A DNA stretch of 64,000 nt from Alphaproteobacteria bacterium (GTDB lineage: Bacteria > Pseudomonadota > Alphaproteobacteria > MPNO01 > UBA830): assembly GCA_964291215.2 (NCBI GenBank), contig OZ219790.1, positions 1,984,001 through 2,048,000 on the forward strand, given 5' to 3'. Within the stretch, counting starts at the first letter, position 1. The number at the start of each line of letters is the position of its first letter. Shown piece after piece: positions 55,772 through 64,000 of the stretch. Made by a program: the position numbers and the translations under genes. The notes under the pieces were generated by a model. It was not told the DNA's origin and did no database searches. It saw nothing but the letters and a program-made list of their open reading frames with translations.

Positions 55772-56052
55772 TCCGGCGGCTCGGGGCGGCACGCATCCCG
55801 CATTGAGCCGCCTGTCCGCATTCACCGAGCGAATGCGGACAGGACCGGATGGAGGGTTCGGTGCGTTGCGCAACCGTCGCTGCGGACGATCTGAATTCAG
55901 GCAACATGCCCGAAATTTGTGTGGCGACCTGGACGAAAACGAGGCAGCAGCGGCCATGACGGCGGGAGAACATTCTCACGCTAAATTCTGTTGATTTTTC
56001 AAGGCAGTACCTGGGTTTTGCGGGGGCGCGGATTGGTGTGGGAGATTTTTCA

Positions 56053-56385
56053 CCCCACTTCCAGTCTGAAGTGCAACACCCGGCCCTCATCGCAGTGAGG
56101 GCGTAGCCCGAACGGAGATGAGGGCCGGGTGTTGCGCAAATTTTTCCCCTCTGCCCCTCTCGATTCCGCCTGGGAACAGCTTCAGTTCCTTCAACATCGA
56201 GCTTATGCAACGCCTTTGTCGGCTTCAAGCCACTATTTCGCCGTCGCGCGGCATGGACCCTGCTGCACGTTGCGGCTGCGGAACATGGCGCAGATGGTCA
56301 GGGCGGTTTCACTTCAAGATTACCTCCGTCGGCGATCCCAGGACTTTCCGAGTGTTGAGCCGATCCTGTACCTTCTGAACATCTT
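56053..56385 (-). mobile_element. IS30 right-end fragment
   Basis: Matches 2604-2930; cut by the IS256 end at 56386. Confidence 0.85.
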
Positions 56386-56446
56386 GATTACGCAACCTGA
56401 TGTCTGGAAATTGTCGTGAAGCTGATCGAGCTGTTCCCATTTGATG

Positions 56447-57644
56447 CCCCCGTTCCATAGTGAAGTGCAACACATGATGGGCTGTGGCCATGTGTTTTTA
56501 GACGCATGATGTTGCGGAGCTGTCCAGCAGCGGCGAAAGTTCCTGTACAAGATGGAGGGAGCTTGTTCATGTCCAAAGGCTACCGTCACCTACGAAGAGC
56601 GATGCCAGATTGAGGCGTTACAGAAAAGCGGTCTTTCACAAGGTGCGATTGCTCGGCAGCTGGGCCGATCAACAATTTTCCGGGAGATCAAGCGCAACAC
56701 CGGGGGACGGGGTTACCGTCACAAGCAGGCGCAAAGGATGGCAGAAACGCGCCGCAGGGCCGCCTCGTCTGTTTTCTGGCGGTTGACGCCTCGGGCTGAA
56801 GCTCAGAAAAAGCTGCGGGAGGGCCCCGAGCAGCGGCCGTTTTCGACTGGAAGGCCGTGGGTCGGCAACGGATCCATGATCGCCGAAGATCGGAGAGCTG
56901 GGGGCGTCTTGTGGAAGAAGCTTCGGCGGCGCGGCAAGAAGCCGAACTGGAAGGGCGGATGCCATTCTGGCCGGGTGGACATTTCCGAGCGCCCTGCGGA
57001 GGCAAAGGAACGGATCGGCGACTGGGAGCCATCATCGGCAAAGCTCACAGTGGAGCTGTCGTGTCGCTCGTGCCACGAAATACACCTTGCTGGGTGGACA
57101 GAAAGACACGGTCGGTATGATCCGCCTGCTCGGCTCTGGTGCGCTATTGGTCCACACAATCACAACGGCAAGGAGTTCGCAGACCACAGGCGTGTCGCTG
57201 AAGCACTTGATGCAGATTTCTTCTTCGCCTTTCCATTCCTGGGAGCGCGGCTTGAATGAGCACACCAACGGCCTGGTGCGGGAGTACTTCCCGAAGGGCA
57301 CGGACTTTCGCGCGACATGCAACGAAGATGTTCAGAAGGTGCGGCTCAACACTCGGAAAGTCCTGGGATCGCCGACGGAGGTAATCTTGAAGTGAAACCG
57401 CGCTGACCATCTGCGTTCCGAAGCCGCAACGTGCAGCAGGGTCCATGCCGCGCGACGGTAAGATAGTGGCTTGAAGCCGACAAAGGCGTTGCATAAGCTC
57501 GATGTTGAAGGAACTGAAGCTGTTCCCAGGCGGAATCGAGAGGGGCAGAGGGGAAAAATTTGCGCAACCCGGCCCTCATCTCCGTTCGGGCTACGCCCTC
57601 ACTGCGATGAGGGCCAAGTGTTGCACTTCAGACTGGAAGTGGGG
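56447..57644 (+). mobile_element. IS30-family element, degenerate
   Basis: Homologous to 2604-3822; 3-bp TSD ATG. Confidence 0.9.
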
Positions 57645-58746
57645 ATGTATGCCTTGGTTTCGGTTTCCCATTTTTCGTCGATGAGGACCGCGGTTGAGAG
57701 GCGCTCCAACGAGGCGAGGTTTGGAAAGACCCTGACTTTGGAGGTGCGCCGCTTGAGCTCTTGCTGGATCGGTCGCTCGATGCCGTTCGAGGTTCGCATA
57801 CGTTTGTGGTGAGCATCGGGCAAGGTGAAGACAGCGAGCCCCGCATTGTTTTCCAGCCAGGAAGCCTGGATGCTTGTCGCTGGCCACGAGGGCGGCCAGT
57901 TCAGCCTCGGCGGTTTGGAGTGAGGAGGCGTTGCTCTGAGCTGTTTTCCAATACGTTTCCTGATGTCGTTGTTCGGTGCACGGCGTTTTGCGCCAAGTGG
58001 AACTGGCAGCGCTGCCAGGTCGCCGCGCCCAGCACCGTGCCGCTTTCAGCCCAGCATGGTCATCCGAGACGATGAAGGTCGTACCATGCAGGGCTAGCAA
58101 GCTTTCCAGGAAGGCTCTCCAATGGACCTCGGCCTCGGAGAGCGCCACAGAGAGCCCCAGAACGTGCCTGCAGCCCCTATTCCGATGGCCGAGAGTACTG
58201 CGACATCGCGCACAACGCCGTCATGGCGGGCTTTTTCATAGCGCGCATCCAGGATCAGGTATTTCATCAGGGGCCGGTTGCGCGGCGAGTTCTTCATCGA
58301 GCAACCTGGTGGCCCCCTGAGAAGAGGACAGGCTCCCGAACTCGCGCATTACATCCTGCCGCGTGGAAACACCCTTGATGTACATCTCGGCTACGGCGCG
58401 AGAAGATCGCTGGCCGCGTTCAAGCGACTGGGGACGGGTCGTCCCCGTGACCGTTTGGCACCTGAACGGTAACAGTGGGGGTGTCGATCCGCTTGTAGCC
58501 GTTGGCATAGCCCTGTCGCTCCGGTGTCCGGTGGCCCGCTTTCAAGTGCTGCTCGCGCTCGATTTGCATCGCAAGCTCGAAGAGCTGACCAAAGATCCGC
58601 CCCAGATCCGTTGCTCCGTTTGCGATCAGATGTTCCAAAACGGCCTCAATCGTCGTAGTGTGTCGCAGGTCCATTCGCTTCCTCCATGAATGTTTACAGC
58701 TCCATGGGATAGCACGATGGCGCCGCGTTTCACTGGGGGGCTAGCC

Positions 58747-60731
58747 CTCGCATGTCACGGAAATTTTAGCTGAACAACGGTGTTTCGGCGTGGCATAAGT
58801 GTCCCATGTCACAGTCTCAGATCAGCCGCACATTGCGGGACGAGGCAGCAGTTGCGCGGATCGCGTCGCTGCTGTCCTGTGAGCAGTTCGACAGCCGGTC
58901 GGCTCTGGGTCGTCTGCGAGGAGTTTGCCTTTGTCGACGCGCGCGGCCGTCTGCAGCTTGCCGGCTGCATGAAGGCGCTGAGGGCGCCCGGAGATCGTCC
59001 TGCCGGTGCCGAAGTCACCGACAATCGACCGCCGGCCTCGCCTGTTGGTGGATGATATCGCTGCAGAGGTTCCGGCGCGCGCATTCGGGATCTCGAGATC
59101 ATCGTGGTCGGGGATCGTATTGACCGAGCGGTCACGCTGATTGCGCGTGAACACCCGCGACGACCTTCGCCGGCTGCCAATATCTCGTGGGCTCGGCGCA
59201 CGGGTGGCGGGGTTTGCCGCCGCCGCGCGGCGCGGGACCGCTGGATGGAACGACGGGCAGCGCCGGAACCACCTGCAGCGGATCGTCTGTCTGAGCCGTT
59301 TCTTGATCAGGTGCTCTGCCCGCCCAGCCATGTGCGCATCCTGCGCCGCGTGACTTCGAGGACCGTTTCGACCATGGCTCAGTTTTGCCGATGAAGGTTA
59401 CCCTGCCTGCGCGCGGCCAACTTCCTGTGCAGGACCGAAGGCCGGCAGGACTGGGAGACGGTGAAGACGGTCTTCGTGGCCGAACTGGAGCGCGCAGGAA
59501 GCTGGGGAGGTCGATCATGCGCCCTCGCCGGGCGAAGGTCTGAACGACTGGGCGCAGAACGAGTTTGGAGGGGGGTGACAAGCGACTTTCTGCGCGCCTG
59601 GAGCGCCAGCCTTCTGGCGGCCGGTCAGAAGATCAATGCGTCTCCCAGCGCCGACAACACCGCGATCAATGCGTTTTACCGGATGGTCGCCCTCGGAGAT
59701 CACGCCGGCGAACATTCTTGCGCCGCACCGTGAGCGCAGCATCCGGCGCATCCGTGGCCAGAAGACGGTTCTTGCGGCACGGACCTGAACTTCTCCCGGC
59801 TGCGACGGCCTGCAGGTGATCGGGACGAACCAGACCGGGGCCTGCACGCGACCCTGGCGGTGACTGACCTGCCACTCGGGGTGCTGGGTCCGGTGAAGCC
59901 CCGGTCGCAGGAGACACGCCGCAGCTCGAGGGGTTCAAGGCGCTGCCACCCCGGCGGCAAGACGCGCGTCATCTCCGTCGGGAAGCCGACATCTTCGAGC
60001 TGTTCGACACGCGCTTGCCCCGCGTCGATCTGCGCGCCAAGCATGACAGGGTGCTGAAGGAGGGAAGGCTGTTCGCCGTCATGGCCGGCGGCCTGATTGA
60101 GATCGAGGGACTGACGGAGCAAGCCAGCCGGAAGAAGGCCCGCGCGACAGAAGCGCCTGGCGAGTTACGGTCCGTTACGCTGCCCGTGACGGGCACCGCC
60201 CCCAGCGCGAAGCCGGTGTCCCTGCACGGGGTCAGGGAGCGCCCGAGGGTGAGGATCCCGGTGCCTGCTGACCACCGTGCGGGTTGGCGAAGGAGGCGGC
60301 CGACATCGTCGGCTTCTACCTTCAGCGCTGGCGAATCGAGGATTACGTGCTCAAATCCGGATGCAGGGTGGAACACCTGCTGTTCCGCACCGCCTGCAGC
60401 GGGCGATCAACGCCGTCATCGCATGGCGCATCATGGTCATGACCCTGCTCGGCCGCCAGGTGCGAGCCGCAGCTGATGTTCACCGACAGCGAACTCGCGC
60501 GACTACGCACACAAGTACGCCCTGAAGGAACCGGAGCGTCTCGCCGATGCGGTGCACCTGGTCGCCCATCTCGGCGGCTACCGCAGCACGCCCGGGTCAC
60601 CAGATCATGTGGCCAGACACACCAGCGCCGCACTGGGTCACCAAATCGGCCGGGAAATCGGGTTCCGGGATGGACAAAGACACGCGTGAACACGTAAACC
60701 ATTGTCAACCAGATTTGTCATGACACGGCAG
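58747..60731 (+). mobile_element. IS4-family (IS50/Tn5-like) element with DUF4338-type N-terminal region, degenerate
   Basis: TSD GGCTAGCC at the centre of an IS256 hairpin; WAQNEFG, GDKRLSARL, QRWRIEDY, LKSGCRVE, NAVIAWRIM. Confidence 0.82.
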
Positions 60732-61233
60732 GGCTAGCCCCCCCAGTGAAACGCCTCAAAGCGCAAACCTCAGACAAATTTCCAGACATCAAGTTACAGT
60801 ACCGTCTATTATCCGTCTATTAGTTCTGCATGATCGTTGTGACGGGTGTTTTTCGGACTTGACTTCCTGCCTTGATCTTGGTGTAGAAATCGCGTCTCTT
60901 CTATGTGCCGGATTTCGGCGCCGATGTGCTTGGTCGCCTTCGGGAGACCCTCCTCCTTTGATACTGTCTTCCCCGCCCGTGCGTCCTCTCCGGAGGAGCG
61001 CCGGGAGCAGGCAGATGAATACGTTGCCGGGCAGTGCGCACGTCGCGTCGGTGGCAAGACCGCTTCTCGACCGGACTGATTACACCCGGCACGACTTCTG
61101 CCACGGCCTTCCCGAGGCCGTGGCTCCATCCTTCATCCGCAGTGACCCACCGCCCCGACGGGCGCCTGTTCCGACGCCTGTCGGCCAATGAGCGTTGCGG
61201 ATGGACTTAACTTGAGCTGAAGGAGACGAAACG

Positions 61234-62315
61234 ATGACGACAGGCATAACTTGGGCCGGGACGTCCGGCGACGACACCAAAGTCGGCAGCGACGGCGACG
61301 ACGCGCTGTATGGCGGCACGGGCGACGACACCCTTACCGGCAGCGCGGGGGATGACACGCTCTACGGCGGCGAAGGCGACGACTTTCTGTTCAGCCGCGA
61401 CGAAGACGACACGTTCGTGTTCAGGGCCGGAGACGGCGACGACATCATTGGCTGGTTCCAGAACGGCGACATCATCAAGTTCGACGGTGTGCCCGGGGTG
61501 AGCGAGTTCAGCGATCTGACGGTGGAGGAATCTGATGTTACCAACAGCGATGGTGAAAAGACCGGCGCCAAAGTCGTCATCACCTAACGGGGCCGGCCGG
61601 GACACGATCACGCTGAACGGCCTGGGCATGGGGGATATCGGCTCGGCAGACTTCGCGTTTGCGGACACCTCGGGCAAGGCGGCGCGGGCGACGACACCCT
61701 CACCGGCGGCACGGGCAATGACACGTTCGTGTTCAAGGCCGGGGACGGCAACGACACGATCACCGATTTCCAGGATGGCGACAAGATCAAGTTCGACAGC
61801 GTGCCCGGGGTGGACGATTTCGAAGATCTGACGATGCAGCAAGATGGCGACGATGTCGTCATCACCTACGGCGCCGGCGGGGACCAGGAAACGATCACGC
61901 TGACAGGCGCAGACATCGGGAATATCGGCTCGACAGACTTTACGATTGCGGCGAGGGCGACGACACGCTGTATGGCGGCGCCGGCAATGACATTCTGAAC
62001 GGAGGCGCCGGCCACGACAGGCTCAATGGCGGCGCGGGCAACGATACGCTGACGGGCGGCGACGGCGACGACTGGCTCCAGGGTGGCACCGGCAACGACA
62101 CCTTCCTCTACAACGGAATGGGCAATGACACCATCTCGGACTTCGCTGCGGGGGACACCATCGCGTTGAGGAACATTGATGGGGTCACCGCGTTCGGCGA
62201 CATCACCGTTGATTCCACGGAAGGCGGCTTCGAGATCACCTTCGGTGACGGCAACGCCCTGACCGTCACGTCCAGCCTGCAGGCACTCGAAGCCGAACAC
62301 TTCGACTTCCTGTGA
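61234..62315 (+). pseudogene. RTX/hemolysin-type calcium-binding repeat protein, frameshifted
   Basis: GG.GDD.L nonapeptides, three DTF.F...G.D.I.DF..GD.I modules; 1-bp insertion giving TAA at 61585 plus further frameshifts. Confidence 0.82.
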
Positions 62316-62522
62316 TGCGTTTCGCGCGCAGAGCCGCCACCGCGGCCCTGCGTTGCGTCCCGAAGGCAAAGTTGTGCGCGCCCGAGGGGAAGACGCGCAG
62401 GAGCAGGCCGGGGATGGTATCATCATGGATGTCGGTCGTAGCGCTTCTCGCGCGGTCTGACGACGTGAACGCACCGTGCGACGGTGGACTTCGGATTGTC
62501 GCCCATAGTTGGCGGCTCCTGT

Positions 62523-62965
62523 CTAGTCCGAAGTTCCAGATGATTTCCTGCTGATCTTCACAACAACTCGCTGATTTTGCGCTATTTGTCGGATTCGTCG
62601 GGCTTCACAGTGTACCCATGTACGAATGCACCTTGTGCTTGACATATGTCTGTGGTGCGCCTATGCACGGTAGCCATGTACATCAAAGCCCTCCTCAACC
62701 GATCCCCTCCACCCGCCATCCTGCTCCGCGAGCCCCCGGCGCGAAGTCGGAAAGGTCAAGAAGCGCACCATCACCCGCAACACCGTGACGCTCCACCTTG
62801 CGGGCGCCGGGCCCTTCCAGGTCACTACGCGACCCACGCCGCTCCAGAGAAGAGCACTCAAACTCCTCGGCGTAAAGCCGTAGTGTACCCAGTCAGACGC
62901 CTCTGAGATCCATCGAATGTCATTCATATCAGATACTTGCGCCTGATCGGCCCTAGAACTTCGGA
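62523..62965 (+). mobile_element. IS1634-family internal-deletion derivative
   Basis: TIR TCCGAAGTTC / GAACTTCGGA; N-terminus MYIK...NRS.PPAILLRE...KVKKRTI joined to C-terminus RNTV...TTRPTPLQ. Confidence 0.75.
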
Positions 62966-63041
62966 TGAAAGGCTGTCTCGCAGCTGCGCAGTTTGCGCGG
63001 TCTCTGTCCCGGGACGAGCTCGAGGCCATCGGCGGAACCCG

Positions 63042-64000
63042 AGCATCCATGTTTCCTGGCAAGGTTTTTGCGGGTGTCTGCGGTGATGTTTTCTGTGGTT
63101 GTCCACAAGCGGTGTGGGATTTGCCCTGCGATCGAGGCGACATGAAGCTTGTGGTCCCGGCGGCGGGTTGCCGTCCATTGGTCACGTGAACGCGGCTACC
63201 TTGCCGCCCCCGGGCACGTGACCGTCCGGGTTCCAGGTGTCCCAAGGCGGTTCGATCTCCTCGATGTCGGCCTCGACGATGATCTGCAGACATTCTCCCC
63301 AAGTCGTGTCGTAGTAGGGAGACTGTCGATACAGTCCCGATCGCGCTCTCGGCAGGGGTGAGGGCCATGAGGGTGTCTCCTTCGCTCACTCACCGTGCCG
63401 GTGCTTCGGTCGACCAGCAACGCTGCTGTCGCAGCAAGGTGTTCGCCAGAGCTTGCGCATCACGGCGACAATGGCGACTTTGTGGGCCTTGCCGGCGGTC
63501 TTGTGGCGCACCAGATCCGCGTTGAAGCGTGCTGCCGAGGTCGCGGCCATGAACAGGAGATCACGTGGCCTCCGGCGCCCGCCTCGGATATGCCGAGCAC
63601 CGTGGCCACTGTCGTTGGCCATCGGCGCCACCCCGATCAAGGCTGCCGACGCTGCCGAGTTCGGGCATCCAACAAAGAAGGGCTGCGGCGGTCACTGGAC
63701 CGGGGATCGAGGTCAGGGTACCTCTGCTCGGGATCACCGGCGATCACCGCTTTGATCGCCGCGCCGGCAATGCGGTCATCGAGATCGGCCGCCGAAGCCC
63801 TTGTGACGGTCTCGCCATCCACCTCATCTGCCACTTGCCTCAACTTGGTCCGCACGTCGACAAGCGCGGCGCGCGATACCAGGAGATCCCCCAGGCAGTT
63901 GAGGAAGGCTTCCTGAGGAGCCACAGGCTCGAGATCGCCGAGCACCGTGCCGATCTTGGCCAGCGCGTCAACGCGGTTGGCCAGATGGCCCAAAGCCTCG
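63042..64000 (-). mobile_element. IS110-family element, copy 2 (runs off the window), inserted in an ISAs1 fragment (62966-63043)
   Basis: Homologous to 51184-52040; junction again ...CCGAG|CATCCATG. Confidence 0.88.

Larger units (their letters stand above)
56386..60803 (-). mobile_element. IS256-family element, copy 3, interrupted by IS30 and IS4
   Basis: Segments 56386-56446, 57645-58746 and 60732-60803 rejoin into the copy 2 sequence. Confidence 0.88.

Noticed and set aside
60804-61230. Short ORFs upstream of the RTX pseudogene
   Set aside because: No recognisable motif or convincing start; cannot support a call.

Overview
High-GC alphaproteobacterial (Rhodospirillales-like) chromosomal window with two very different halves. 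About 1-37.2 kb is mostly intact core and catabolic genes: metY, acpS-pdxJ-rsh-rpoZ-folK, NYN, UDG, smpB, dapA, an ech/hydrolase/LLM-monooxygenase/amidohydrolase/SDR operon, AsmA, HU, RidA, lepB-rnc-era-recO-parc, a DUF1185-enamidase-Rieske(alpha,alpha,beta)-dehydrogenase-reductase operon and bactofilin. The usually contiguous acpS/lepB cluster is split as if by a ~20 kb inversion. About 37.2-64 kb is a nested graveyard of IS5, IS256, IS30, IS66, ISKra4, IS110, IS1634, IS4 and ISAs1 elements plus MITEs; many boundaries can be fixed by terminal inverted repeats (TIR) and target-site duplications (TSD). Highlights: (1) an IS110 element whose left end holds a readable bridge RNA, with guide loops matching both its own donor junction and its insertion sites inside ISAs1-DUF4338 elements; (2) three copies of a small membrane-anchored 7/11-residue coiled-coil repeat gene with variable repeat number, the only clearly intact genes I found in the graveyard; (3) an IS66 element carrying a translationally coupled Dam-like methyltransferase, which moved as a composite with a captured NYN fragment; (4) pervasive short microhomology deletions. 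Family calls come from motif recognition only; no database searches were run.
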